This document shows positions 34,101 to 49,100 of a stretch of 64,000 nucleotides of DNA, one piece after another. The stretch comes from Iphione sp. A-MEVVRFRX5 (lineage: Eukaryota): NCBI GenBank assembly GCA_976226885.1, contig OZ320313.1, forward strand, positions 121,024,001 through 121,088,000. The letters run 5' to 3'. The translations under genes were made by a program, and so were the position numbers. Below the pieces are notes generated by a model. It was not told the DNA's origin, searched no databases, and saw only the letters and a program-made list of their open reading frames with translations. Position 1 is the stretch's first letter; each line of letters begins with the position of its first letter.

Positions 34101-37100
34101 TGTGCACGTACGCACGCACTGTGTACTGCTGGACACGAGCAGTGTCACCACGAACGTTTCCTCACACTTGGAAGTGTTTTCTTCGCACGGACGTCGGCCA
34201 TTTGTCATCGTTCATAGTAAACCAGGATCACGCCCAGACATGTTTTCTTAAAGCCTCCATGTCTTAAAAAATACAGGGAAATGGTGGTCATGAACAGTAC
34301 CAGAAATTCATAAGCTAAAGCCTTTTTAATATGGCCGGAAGAATGTTATCGTGAAGCTGATATGGTCCAGTCTCACCAAGTGACTACTATAGCTCTAGCT
34401 TGCTGTCTTTCCACTGGGAGGCAGTAGGTGACATAGCACTCCTCCACACACCACAGTGCCTCTATCAGTCCTGCGTTCCTTGCACGCCATCCTGGATAAC
34501 ATAGTAACCCAGTTATGGTAAAGGTTTTCCTTCTTAGTAAAACTTTGTAATTTTTCTTCGGCCATTTTGCAGAATGCCCTTAGCTAATTTTTATAACTGA
34601 TTTGATTATATATTCATGTGGCTCTCCTTCGCCAGCTGAGAGGTGAGATTCCAGCACAAGGTGCCCCTGCAGTGAAGTAGTTGTGAGTGTCATGCAGATT
34701 TTACAGTCTGTATCCTCAGCTGTTAGTTGATGCGAGACCACCATTCTCTACTTCAGAGGTAGTTTGAGATGACGCATATCACTGTATGAATTGAATTAGG
34801 CCTTTTCTATGAATTTTATGTAGAACTGATGAAAATCTGTAAGCCTGCACACAAAATATTTTTTGTGGTTACATGACTTCGCTAATGCAATATGATGTCA
34901 AATGAGCTGAACGATCCTTAAACTGATCAAATGGGGCATGCCTCCCCATTGAAATGCAATGGTACATCACATGCTGAACCCACTTGAGGTTTATCTCTTG
35001 AGGCCCTTACCTTGAAAACAGTCATGATTTTATTACCAGCTTCTTGCTCTAGATTTCAGACAGTCAGTAACATAGATTAAGCCAGTGTCCCACTTCTTTT
35101 CTCCCTTGAGGTACAATAGGGCTGGGAAACAACCTCGTTATATTGTGGTAGTGCCCTTTCCTCAGGAACATTCCCTCTATGTAGTTACCCATGTTAGGGA
35201 TCATATGGCTTGCACCAGGAACATAATAGGGTACCAAGCTGCTTTCATTTGCTGTGTTCCTCCTCACCACTCAGTCACTATGTCCGCCTTAGCCATCTGG
35301 GTCAAGGAGGTGTTGTTTAGGGTAGGCATTGGCACGGTTACCTTCATGGTGCATAGTTCTTGGGCTGCCTCTACCTGCAAGCTGTTTGCCTCTGGATTAC
35401 CCATACAAGAAATTCTCAAGAGAGTCATGTGGGGAGAGAATATGTTTTGTCATTTCTATTTAAAACACATTGTATAACATGAATATGTTTTTGTTTTGCT
35501 CCTTATAGCGCCTAGGTGGTTAGACTCTCTAAGGAATACTGGCTATTCCTAAGTATATCACCTGCTGCCTCCCAGTGGAGAGACAGCAAGGTAGAGTTTT
35601 GTAGTTACCTTAGCTTTAGCACAGGGTGACTTGGACTCTGCCAAGCCTTGTCTCTTAGTCCTGGAAGGAAGCAGGTGCCCTCCTTTCTACAGGTTTTTTT
35701 TTCAACCCTCTACCCTTCCACTGTCCTGCAACGACTTCGGCCTTCATCCCATTTGGATGGTAGATATAATTTAAATCAGCATTCCTTCTTGAGTGTGCTC
35801 AGCTAAAGTACTGATAAAGGCATTGCAGTATGGTAAGGAGTGCAATATCACCTGCCTCTTTCCAGACTACAAGGTGAGGCTCAGTGGAGTCTAAGTCACC
35901 CTGCACCTGCACTAAAGCTAGGGTAACTACAACATTATAATTGCATTGTAATTCCGTGACATGGAGGGAATATTATTGCCTGCTTTATCTTAGTGATATA
36001 GCTTTTTAGTAAAAAAAATGCAAGGGTTACAATGTGGTTTCTTGCTAAGTCTTATGCTATACCCTCTGCTGTTGACTGTATGTGATTTCTCTATGTTAAA
36101 GCGGACCCTGAAATCTGAAGAGAGTAGACTTTTAGTCGGGCCCTCCAGTGATTCACTGCAGGAACATGTTAGTTTGGCTGAAATTGCTCAACGCAGGCGC
36201 ATACAATCGTCGGGAACAAGAAATGATGTTCATAAGAAAGAGCTATGTTTGTTGAGGACGATATCGTGTTTCAGAGTTTAGCATGGGAAACATGATTTCA
36301 GGTCCTGCTGAATAATATTTTTTGTTAGGACAAACTGCTCTTACTTTAGACTAATGAACAGCTGCAAGGATCCGATCATTTACCTCAAAAAATTAAATTG
36401 CCTCAAAAGATTCTCTATCCAAGGCCCTCATGTTAGAGTCACATTTAAATGTTTTGCTGTCGATGCCCTATACAGAGTCGGGCGTCCCACCTCTGTGCAC
36501 TGAGCTTTGAGCCAAAAGAAAGCGGTGGGTTACCAGCTGTAGAATTTTGGGGTGGCCACCAATATTTTTTTAAAGGTCAGATTGGAACAGGTATGGATGG
36601 TCTGAGTTTAGGCCGTCTATGTCTTTGAGGACTATTGTTTTCTGGTGTATTTGTATTTAGGTTTTAATTTGGGGGAAATGAAGCTCTGGTGTACAGGTAC
36701 AGTCAAGACTTGAAAACTTCGCACTCCAAAGGAACTCAGTTTTTCACCATAACAAACCATATTTCACCATAAAGGGGATCAAGTATCCGAATAGTTATAC
36801 CCGTATTTCTGAAAACAAATGGTCATATTTTGATACAGAATCAGCTCAAAATTTGAATGCTTGGTATACTGCTCGTTTAATGACTTCAGTTGGCCACAGT
36901 GATTGTAAGACCTCGTTCATGAGTGTAGGTGGGCATACATTTACCCATAACGCTCCCTCAGTGACTTCAGTCGGCCACTTAAACAGCCCTTGGATGAATG
37001 CAGTATAGGTGTGCTTGTACCCTATCGATGCCTCCAAAATTTCAGTTTGTCACATGAACTGCAACGGCCCCTGGATGGGCGCGGGGGCGTGTGCATGCAT

Positions 37101-40100
37101 CCGATCTGTTGTATAGAGCCGCGTACATGGATAAGGCTGCATATTTACGGAGTCATTGTGACATGCTTCTATAATCACCTATTTGTACATATAGTCCGAT
37201 ACTCAACCACAAACGCATCCACACATACTCACTTTTTACCTGTTCAAGTTTATTCACACATTGTCACCCACATACATGTACATGTACGAGTATTTACATG
37301 TAAACTTTGCATACTGGTTCTACAAAGTTATCAGCTACATATTGCAAAATTAGTCTCCTTCTGGCATATTTGATATTATTCAAACTGAAAGATACACACA
37401 CTGTATATAACCACGCATGCCACTGCGTAGAAGCAAACCTTTCTTTATGAATGCACCCGCTGCTGGTCGGGGCGTTGGTTTCCTTATTCCAAACCACAGA
37501 CCAGACCTGCAGGAAGGCCTCACCGTGCATGCAGCTGCAGTCGATTTTGCCAGCTTTTCTCCTGTAGCAGCGCTTGTGGGACACGCCCACGAAATACACA
37601 GAGCACCCTGGTTCCGGTCTGCGGAACTGGAAGCATCAGGCCAGCCCCGGTTCCGCCACGTCGTCGGCATCGTCGTCTGGTCCGCTGGCTGGTGTCGATG
37701 TCGGCGTTGGAGTCAGCTCGATGGGGGAGGGGGGCAGGTTCACATGTCAAGGCCCCGTTGCGATGTCCGCATGGGGGCGCTAGCGCTGCCCGCACGCCTG
37801 CACACGTTCTGACAGAGTGCGCTGTACGCCACCATGTTTGCTGGGATGGTCGCCGCACCATACCACCGCCCCTTTCTCCCCCCCTATATATATGTATATA
37901 TATTACACACGATCATTTCCAGCGAGCCTCATACTTCAATTGTGGAGCCGAAAGCGCTCATTGCAGGCTACAGTTGCATAGAACAATAATATTCACATCC
38001 ATGTAAGAGTTGGGTTCAGTTATTTGCTTGGTTTATTCAGACAGCGCGCGTCGTACGTTTTACGTTTCACCAATACGTATATATTCCCTCATCCCGTATA
38101 TAGATGTCAGAAATACAAATTTTCACATCTACCCTGTTGTTGAATTTAGGGTTGCAGGTTGACGCTAGGGATAGTGGGTCATGTACATTGAATCTAAGCC
38201 ATTAGAAGTAGGGTTAGCATTGGTGTTAGAGTGATAAACCTGTGTCATTGAAATTTGGAGTAGCTTAGGGATGATAAATCTGTTCCATAGATGTAAGAGT
38301 TCATGTCAGTGCTGGGGTAATAAATTGAGCCTGTACCATCAAAGAGTTAGCCTAAGTGATTGAGATGGTAGTAAATCCATGTCAGAAAGTTAGCATTGTC
38401 TTCAGGGACAACAAATCCGTGCCCGTGAAGCTTTGGCTAGCATATATTTATGGTACGTACAATAATGAAGCTGTGCCATAAAAGTTAACATTAGGGTTAT
38501 GGTCGAAATAGTAAATTTGTGCCATCAAAGCTTAGAGATAAGGGGAGAAATGACCTTAAAACATTGGCAAATATTCACTTAATAAATGTATTATGTACAA
38601 GTTGATTGTAGACGCATAAAACGAGAGAATGAGTTTCAAAGAAAGATCGCAGATCCTGTTTCAGTATAGCGCTGTCCCCGGCTAGCATGATTCCCGTGAA
38701 TGGAATCCGTATCAGGAGGTTAATCCAAGAGCATCAGTCGGAATCAGGATTGCTATGAGTAGCACTACTCTTTACAGAAATCGGTAGCTCTGGGGTTATG
38801 AATCACTCATAGGTTATTAAAGTAGTACTCCTATGAGTGGTGTTAACTTTGGAAGAGTTGCGGTCAATATATACCGGTATTACGCAAGGAAAATTCGTTG
38901 AAACCTTGAGGCCCGCAGCCATTATTGACAGTGGCGGGACCAGAGAGAGAGCTGTTGACAGAACATGCGCAGTGGGGTCGATACCGATCGATGCACCAGT
39001 CACGTGTCCCCNNNNNNNNNNNNNNNNNNNNNNNNNNNNNNNNNNNNNNNNNNNNNNNNNNNNNNNNNNNNNNNNNNNNNNNNNNNNNNNNNNNNNNNNN
39101 NNNNNNNNNNNNNNNNNNNNNNNNNNNNNNNNNNNNNNNNNNNNNNNNNNNNNNNNNNNNNNNNNNNNNNNNNNNNNNNNNNNNNNNNNNNNNNNNNNNN
39201 NNNNNNNNNNNNNNNNNNCATTTACTTCGGGCCCCATATCCCTCCTGATCCCGTTGATCAAGCACCATCCGAAAGTTTCATTTTTCCTTAAATTCTGTAT
39301 TTGTTAGACATCCCAACAGTTCCTTTGTCGTAGGGGTTATATTCGCATAGTAGCAAACAACTTGCACGGCACCAAATAAAGTGATTCCGCAAATACCAAA
39401 CGAGAGATGTAACCATATCGTTTTTCTCCTCATAACGATGTATTTCTTTCTACCAGGCTCACCTGATGGGAGTGATTTTATAACTTAGAAATTATTAACG
39501 ACTCCTAAATGCAACTCGGTGAAGTGTGCCGCCCTCTAGAAGCAAGAGGTTTTGTCTCCGCTGGGTAACTATATAACGTCATCGACGAGAATGTTGATTT
39601 TGGAATTAGTTATTTACGAAAGTGATCGTTCGCCATCGATATGTCCCTGGGGGTCAAGTAAATGCTCATTAATGATGAATTCATTCCAGCGACGACGACG
39701 GCGACGATGACGACGATAGGAGGATTAGAATTGGGAGTTCACCTGGTAGTGGGTAGTGGTGATTGTGGTGTTGGGTGGTGGTGCTGGGCTGGTGTGTCTC
39801 TATACGTGCGTGTGTGGTAGGCTGGGAGAGGGATTCTTGTGTCCTTGTGAATTAATTATGGCCTATCATATGGCAGTCCTTCGGCCAACTAAGCGCCGAA
39901 AAAGATCTATATTTTCATCTGAAACTTCTGTTCATGACTAGAATATAATTTGCAGTTGGAGAACTTAGAAAACGGACCGATTTTCTTCACCACCAATTGC
40001 GTGATTTAAATTTTACGATTGAAAAGAAAGGCAAAAGGAGGATTAGGTAAAGATTCATATTCAGAAGTGGGAGTGGGGGATGGAGTCCAGAGACAACTGC

Positions 40101-40128
40101 GTAGATGAAGCACTGAAAGTAGGACCTA

Positions 40129-40170
<42 letters not shown>

Positions 40171-43100
40171 TAATATATATATTTTACGATTCAGCTTAGA
40201 ATTGCATGTTCTTCATTCTAACCATTATACCCAGGTAACATGACTTGTAACTTTTCGATATCTCTCTGGACATGCAGCGAACACTCACTGTTTCGCTCAG
40301 CAGGGGTCGCTCCTAATTCTGTTTAAAATTATTTATTGTATTTTGGCTACATATATCCCAAAATTATATATTCTGTCCAGCCGTGTTTGATGACTGTCCT
40401 TAAAAAGCGTATGTTGAACAGATGAGTAAATGGAATTCTATCCGTTTAAATTTTACATATGGAATAGACATGCATCTCTCTGAATCGTACACGTTTACAA
40501 CCTTTCCAATGATATATCAATCCAAATAACTTCATGGAAGCCAGGGACCCGCTATAACAAGTTGAAGTAGAACATTGCTCACAACCCGGACCATCCGGTC
40601 CATAGTGCGCGGACAGGCATAAAAGTGAAATCTGTCCGCCCTCGTCGTAACTGTCAACGCCTAAGTAGTTAATTTGATTTCATACTTTATTTTCATAACT
40701 AGACTGCATGATAGTATTGATTGAAATCACCGTAGAGCCACTGCGGTAAGATGGAGTTCTGAAGATCGTAGCTTTTCTACGGTGTATTTTTGATTCCTGA
40801 CGGTCGGCCCAGTAGATGACGTCGTCGAATGAAACTAATCCCACTGTAAACACAGGAGTTTTGCACACATAAAAGCTACAAATGTTATCAACACAGGCCA
40901 GTAAATCGAAACCAAGGGGGGGGGGGAATACATTGTACGTCGTCTACACATGACGATATATGGACAGCCCCACTCCAGTTGGGTTCTTGTGAGACAGACA
41001 TACACTTGGGTGAATACAGGCTGACCTTGGGGCAAGATGGTTGTCTTTGTAAGACAGTCACAATTATGAAAACGATCATAGTAGGTACATAGTGAATCAT
41101 AGAGATCTGCCCGATCTTTCAGAGACGGGTCGTGATTGGTCCCTCAGAGAATCATTAACCTGAACCGTCACCTGGAATACTAGCACTTCGTCATTTAATG
41201 TCACATATGCTAAGACAGTTTCGTGAAATGTTTCCCTCGAACACTTACGGATTCCTTCCAGAAACTCTCTTTTTCTAAAAAAAAAAAAAAAATCGAAGAC
41301 AGCTAAATAAAGTAAGTGTATCTGTATTTGACGGGAGAAAGTGGCGAGTCGGTCTGCGTCTAGAATGCGGTGTAGAGCTGACTCTCTCAACTGCTCACAT
41401 CGTCAGGTCTCACGGTGTTAAGAGTGATGTCCTGCTCACAGCTCCCAAGACTCGTTTTAAAAGTATGCGCATGTAGGTCCTTCCTGTACCTGTCTGCCTG
41501 TGGCTAGGGTGATTACACTCTGTACATAATGCACCTGTTTGGAGCGAACGTATCTACCTAACTAAGTTTGAGGGGTTAAGCCCTGACAGTTTATTGCTGT
41601 ATGTACTGAATCCGGTTCAGATATGTTACTACTATGGTGCCAGGACATTTTACGTGACGAGCAGCTCACATTATGACCTTATTCTTTCCTGCTCGAATAC
41701 GACTTTAAACCTAAAGTAATTCATAGCTTCATGATGAAACTACATATATTGACAGCTTTAGTAGTGACATAACAGACACTAGTATTTGTTGCAGGAAGAT
41801 ATCAGGTACAGCTAATTCCACTCGGTAGAATTACACTTATAATTCGTTTAAGGCCATTTATTGGATGAGTTATGGGAATGGCATGAGACGGCCATTGTTA
41901 GGGATGGTAATGGCCATAGGGGGTGGTTGCGCGGCGTTGTTATGGCAGAACTCGTTCTGTATCAATTTTAATATATTTATTCTGTTCTTCTGTCCAAGTC
42001 TGAATAGACAGTATAGTTTCCCTGTGCAGTTAGACCAGGAATATGGTGAAAGGGCATTTATTGAGTCACCTATTTCCCTATGGATCCTAAAATGCAAACA
42101 CTTTGGGAATGCAACCAGGCCAAAATTATGGGCCCTTAGCCTGTGATCGCTGTAATTTGGGTATGAAGCATCTAATGATATCCCCAATATAGCCAGGCAT
42201 AGCCTTTTAAATGTGAAATCGTTAAAATAGAACTGGACAGCGCACCGGGAGCAGTCTGTTGCACTCCTGTCTACTAAATGGAGGTACTTCAATCTCAGGC
42301 ATCTCCCGAGGGACGATGCACAATTTGTGCACTGGAAATGAGGAGGTAGAATGGTGGTTGGAGTTGGAAGATTATCAGATGTACCCCAGTGCATGTGCTT
42401 GATTAAAGTCCCTTGGAAGGAAGGTTAACTATGTTCTTGAGACGCGAGTGTAGTTGATAGTACAGTCAGTGACGCACTAACATGCACCTTGACACTCATC
42501 TCCAAGTAGCAGGCCTCCACTATTTCCTCCACTTTAGAAAATCAGTCACCTCGGACTATTATACTACACGGTGCACCGATGTGTCGTGTGTACGTAAACT
42601 GACCTGTATGTAAAATATGCGTTATGTAGTCAGAGCAGTTCTATACCATGAGTTATCAACATGTCCTCTGACGCAGCATATTCAGCGCACTATCAAGTCT
42701 CCTGCAGGTCAGAATGCAATGAGCGTGTCCACAGTACAGACAGCTCAGTGGAGTTCAGCAGCAGCTTTTTTCCCACTGAATACACTTGAGGACCAGGTCA
42801 ACAATTCAGTTAAACAGTTCAGAATATTGTAAGCGTTATAAGCGCTTATTGGTGCTAACAAGCAGGTAGCAGATGGCGGAAGGTTAAGTTCCACCCTCTT
42901 CAAACCAGTGCCCTTTTCCATCTGACTCCGTCTGCTTCCACCACTCTCCAACCGTAAAAGTGGAAGACTGGCTCATGAATAATGAAAAACTTATTCTCAT
43001 TTACTGTCATAAGATTGGTCAACGCTCTTTTTTCTGTATAATAACCACTTTAAAAGGGACAGTTTTTCTTGTTTTTAAATAGAAACTAATTTCTTACAAA

Positions 43101-46100
43101 GTCAGACATATGTCATTTATCTAAATAAAGTCTGGAGAGATATATTTGTTGTGGAATTTGTTCATCGTGCCCACCGCTTCACTTTCTATAGCTGAAAGGG
43201 TTAACAATCTATTGCAGTCACCCTCTTTTTCAATCTTATGTCCTGATCAGACGTACGAATGGTTTCTTTGGTCCTGATTGTTGATGACACCTCAGGAATA
43301 GAGGGGTACACGTTAAGCTGAGGAGGCAGATATCAGTAGGATCGAAAGCAGTAGGGATGTACTAGTTTAGCTCTGCACACTGTGACATTATACTCCTTTC
43401 AGAAGCTACGTCTTTCATCTTCTATATCTGCAGTAGAGAGAACAACATTGAAGCTCTAAGTTCAGAGAGATTGTTTGCTTAGTGGGAGTATGATCCATGT
43501 GTCCACGCACATGTACATGTATAATCTGTTCCCGGTCACTGGTGAAAAATCTAATGTAGTAATTCACCAACTAAGTGAGCCCAACTGCTGGCATGGTCAG
43601 GAAAAATGAGGGAAACCCAATCGTTTATTATGCCTTGGATTAGCATGTCCTTTTCCCCTAGAAGAGATGGGTATAATATTACATCTCATCAAGATGAATA
43701 GGATTGACATGGGATTGTTTTTTCTGGTAAGGTGAAATTGACAAGTTAATAGTAATAATAAATTAATAATTTTGACAAATTTCAAATCAAAGTGATCTTT
43801 GGAAAATGGTCACTGACAGTCTCAACAAGTTTTACAACAAGTTCAGGAAATAATAAGTACCTGAGGACAGCTGGAAAACTTCCTGCTATCTGTCTGCCAA
43901 CTTGGTTGTTGTAAACTGTTTGCTACAGTTGTCATCATTGTAGTGTTTGTAAGAACACCTACAAGAAATATTCACAGTCACATGGTCAGTTTCCCATAGT
44001 TTAAAAAATTTTAGAATGACCCTAAATACAACAGTAAAAACCAATTCTAACATGTTCACAAGACACTTCAGAATCTGCAAGGGGATTTAGAACTACAGAG
44101 ACAATGTTTTATTAGGTTTTTGCGAGCAACTGCAAGTCACCATTATGCTAGGTTCAAATAACTCACCTGAAGTTTTTGCAGCGTATCCACTCATCTTTCA
44201 GGATCTCTTCTGCAGGATCAGTGACAACCAGTAGATCATCAACCTCCACTAAGGGTTCCTCCTTTTCCTCAGATTGTTCTTTCACCTCTTCAACATCCTT
44301 CTCCTTCTCCAGGCCCTCCTCCACCTCTTCCTCATAGAGAAAGTACTTATCAACGAGATTCCACCATTGTGCCTCTGCAGCCACACCATGTAAATTTGCC
44401 CAACTGATGTTGTTTAAATCATCCACCAAGGATTGAGCCCGATCTGTGGCCATACCTGTTTATTGGCAGACACTTTGCAATCTAAATGCTATGTAATTCC
44501 CATCTCTATCAATTATTGTCCTCCACTAGAGCAGAGACCCACGCCCGCTCACCGTGAAGCCAGACATTCAAACTGACCAAAACAAATGTACACGGGAGGC
44601 TCTCGACTAATCAGCATACTGCATTCACTACACGTGACCTCGATGGCAATGATTGTTTGTGTCACGACTCTCCTTAATATGCCTGGTCATTGGTCAGAAA
44701 GAATTGACTTTCAAAATCTGAAGATGTCATTGGCTAGAGACCTACGCGCCCTTTCAGCAGGTACCTGGGATGTGGGCCTAGGATGATGGGAGGACCACAA
44801 GGTGAGCTGCTGAAGTTTGGAAAAATAGCCCCAAGCAATGGTTCTTTTGTCATTGTGCACTGTAATTTGACCGACATCTGACTTTGGAGGCCCACATCTC
44901 AGTTTCAGCCCCTGTGACTTCTGACTCATTTCGCCAGAATGGGTCACATATAGGCACCAAGGATATCAAGGAGGGAACTACATTATGAAATCACTGGACC
45001 TATTTGAGGTATACATACATAAATTTGCTTCCTTAGGGTAACCTAGAACCCTGCTATACATGGACATAGATTCGCATCCTTAGGGTATCCTAGAATCCTG
45101 CTATACATGGACATATATTTGCATCCTTAAGCTCTCGTAGAACTCTTTTATACATTTGTCAGATCATACCTGGGAATTATCACCAATGCAAACAACTATA
45201 GATCTGATGAATGTCTTTTGTGCCCCTTTTCTTCACAAGAATGAATGTGGGTTTCCACATTCACCTTTTATCACACTACCTTATTCAAAAGGCTGTAGGA
45301 TGAAGAATCGAAAGATCCCCGCATTCCCTTCATATTAGCAGTCTCACATTAGTTTGATTAAAGACAATTGAACTGTTTATGATTGTTGGTTTTATGGTTG
45401 GTAATTAATCTTAATTATAGAAGGGCAACAGTATATTGTCTCCACTAGGATACATATTGTCCCTTGCCTCAAACAGGGGAGAGGGGGACCCTTAGGAATG
45501 CTGCCATCTGACTGTCCTACCCTCTGTCACACTCATGTGGGTCTTATAACTTTCAAACCCTTCACTCAAATGAACTGGCTTTAATGTATGATACTTGTGT
45601 ACATGGACACAAAGCAGTGGATAATTTTGGTAGTAACTCAACCCTCGCCCCCCCGGAATGGGTTGTTGATGGTGGGGGACAATGGACCTCCCAGCTCCAC
45701 AGCCTTGTTTAAAAATAATTACAGCTGCTGGTCTACATTTTCTGTGTAGAGATACAGTTCACTAAAGGGATTCTGCAAGTCATGACATCACTGGAGGAAT
45801 TCCTCGCCCTTCTCCCGTAAATGGAAACAACCAGTGCAAGGCGCTTCTTTAGTGTATACAAGCGCCTTCGGCACTTGCACTGGTTGTTTACAGGGTGGGG
45901 GAATTTTCTATGATGATGTCATCAATGGGAAACCCCCAATTTCAAATGGCCGACCAGTGAGTGACAGTTCAGCGGAGAGGAAGAGAGAGAAGAAAATAGC
46001 CCCTCTCCCAAATTTGTTTTCTAATTGCTTCATTTTAATAATGTCTTAGAGTTTTATAGTGCTAATCTTTCTGAAAGATAAATCTGTAAAGGCAATACAT

Positions 46101-49100
46101 ACAAAAATGTCTTATTTTATCATAAAGAAGGAAGGAACTGCTTGACGGATCTACTTTCAGCCGACTTCTGGCAGCTGTTTTAAAAGAGGGAGGGTAAACA
46201 TTACTTCCCCTTTCAGACTGAAGGTATAGGATAATTCCAAAGCAGGTATATTAAGTCACTTGAAATTTGATGGCAAAATATGTATGGTTAGTTACATACA
46301 CTATTACAAGGTTCATCTCTGTGACTTTTGTCAAGGAAATCATGAAATGTTTACACAATTCTGCAATCAGGAGTCGAGCAGAGGTTTGAGTGACAGGCAT
46401 TAAGAGCTAGTGAGTTCCGTGAGTGGTGTTGGGAGACCAGCTTCACCAGTCTGCCCTGAAATCGCCACTGTGGTCCAAGGTCACCTGGCCCATAATGGCC
46501 GTGATCTGAAATCACCAGGTCCCCCTATTGTACACATGAATATTGCAAGACCTCCATTTTGAGGCAGTCTCTTCACGTGCCTGGGTCATGGAACATGCAG
46601 ATGCGTACATGTATGTGTAGGACGGTACGTAAGGCGAGACCAGCAGCCGTAAATTAACAATGTGTGGGGCTCCACGAGGATGTCATCTCAAGTAGGATAA
46701 AGGTGCTCCATGACGATCTTCATCAGTTCTACAATGCGAATGTTGGTCGCCATTGTAGCGCCACCTGTAGTGCACGACTTCACATGTCTACCTGCTTGGC
46801 AGTCTCCTTTTGACATTTGCAGTAAGAGTCTTATAGTTGAATGCTATCTATATCAGCATAAGCAGATGGTCAAGAGTTGTAATGTGTGTGTGTGTGTTTG
46901 TGTGTATGTATTTTTCAATGTCTGGCATAAAAGTTGATTACCATTGCACTCAGAGGCATTGATCCCTGCCAAGGTTTGCCTCTGTCAGTGTGCAGAGTAA
47001 TATATGGGGTCTGTCAGCGTATAGGGTCAGTGTCTTGGTCCCCTCGTATATCGAGATATTATGATACCTGCATTGGCTGATACCAATACCACATGGTGTC
47101 AGTGTCCTTGTTTTTTTTTGTGGTGAAGGCGCTCTTGGCTCGCTGCCAGAGGCCTGTACGTGGTGTGTTGTCAGCCGGTGGGACATGGATAGGAAGACAC
47201 AGTGGGGGAGAAGCTCGTTTCTGGTGGAAAGAAACCAGAGGGTGATACGTATTGGAGCAGGGTGGCCTGTGAACAGGGGCAGAACGTTGACAGGTTTTTT
47301 TCCAGCCCGGACTTCCTTTTTATCCAACAGCAGCAGTGTGGGGACTGTAGGCGACTTGCTGGTTCACGCAGGAGAATGTTATCACTTTGAAACCTAGCAT
47401 AGCCTACAATGTGTACCGCCATCGAAATTGTCGGTAACGGATAACAGACATTCTTCGTACTTATGATGGAGTAGATGTGTCAGCATACAAGCACTTTGTT
47501 TTGATTAAACGCTGTGGTGAGAGCCAGGTCTTAAGTTGTCAAATACCTGTACTCACCTTCTACATACTTACCTAAGTCATACTTAACATAATCTTAGTAT
47601 ATATACCAAGGTACCTACCTCATACAGTACTTAAGTTTTTTCTTTGTGCATATTCACTTTCATGTACGTGCTCTAACAGTCAAACTTGAAACTCACCTTT
47701 ATATATGCTTCTTTCCTAACTCATACTTTACCTAACGAATTCGTAAACTTGGCTTTGTGCACCTGTTACCTGGTTGATACTAAGTTACCTTTGCATATCT
47801 AGAATTTTACCTAGCAATACATCTATTCGGAGATTACCCTATTCCAGTAGAAGTTCCTGCAAACTGGAGGGTCTCACATATTTAAATCCTGAGTTATTAT
47901 TCAGTAACATTTGGCTGGGAACTCAAGAAAACTTGACAGACCCGTGAACTTTCTAGACATCGGACCGTATGTCCAGATCTTGTGGCCTCGTCATCTTTCT
48001 GCACATACTTATATCAAATTCTCAAAATACACCCAGTGAAATACATGTATTCATTAGTAAACCTCTGACGTTTGGTAGTCACTTATCTGTCACAGAGGTT
48101 TAACGGTGATGGTGAGGTAAGCCTCATTGTACTAGTCAACCTGTTAAATAGGGATAATGATTTGTCTATTTTCTAAACCCGAGATAGGTAAATTTCCCTG
48201 CTTCTAAAATCATATTAGCGAAGCCTATGGCATCAGTGCTGAATATCTTGTTCTACTCAGGAACCCTTATTCATTGAATCAACCTTTAACCCAAGGACGT
48301 ACTTGACAAATGCACTCCTCAGGTGAAGGAAATCAGTATATATGCAAGAAGTAGAGACAGACAGACAGTCAGACAGACAGGCAGACGCAGACAGACAAAT
48401 TCAGACATTTTGTTTAAATTTATGCGAGAGTGAGTGTCTGTGTCTGTCGGTGTATGAGTACCAAAGGTACGTGAGCCAGTGTGTGCGCACATGCACATAC
48501 ATGTACATTGATAATTGGATGGACGAAAACCACGCTGGTAATAATACTCCGCCATCACCAAACGGTGTGGATCGCCTACTAGCATATGCACTGCATCGGA
48601 CAGTACAGGTAATATGACAGGTGCAAACATAGTCGAATAAGACCACGGCGAGTAGCGAGGAGCTGTGACACGTAGGCGCCATGGTCGTGGGGCAAGCCCC
48701 GACTCGATGCTGAGCTGTGTACAACTGCTGACACCGAGGGAATCGTTTCGAAAGTCGAGAGACAGTATAGCTTATTGTAGAAAAGTGGTTATATTGTAGG
48801 CCGAGAGTGGGAAGAATATTCGATACATACCTAGCTGAAATCGAAACGAAAAGAGGTCCCCACCCCCACCCCTTTCCACAGCTGGTGTGCCGGTACATTG
48901 CGAACGGCGACAAAAAAAAACGTTTCCATTTAAAAACAGATGTAAAAATAATCTAGTATGAACCCTCGGGCATTCCATAGATGCTGTCTATGTTGAGGGC
49001 CCAGTTGAACGTACAGTGAATGACGAACTTACATAGGCATCACTCTGCATTATGCTCAAGTTCATATCACTCATAGCACAGCTGCATCAAAATGAATACC

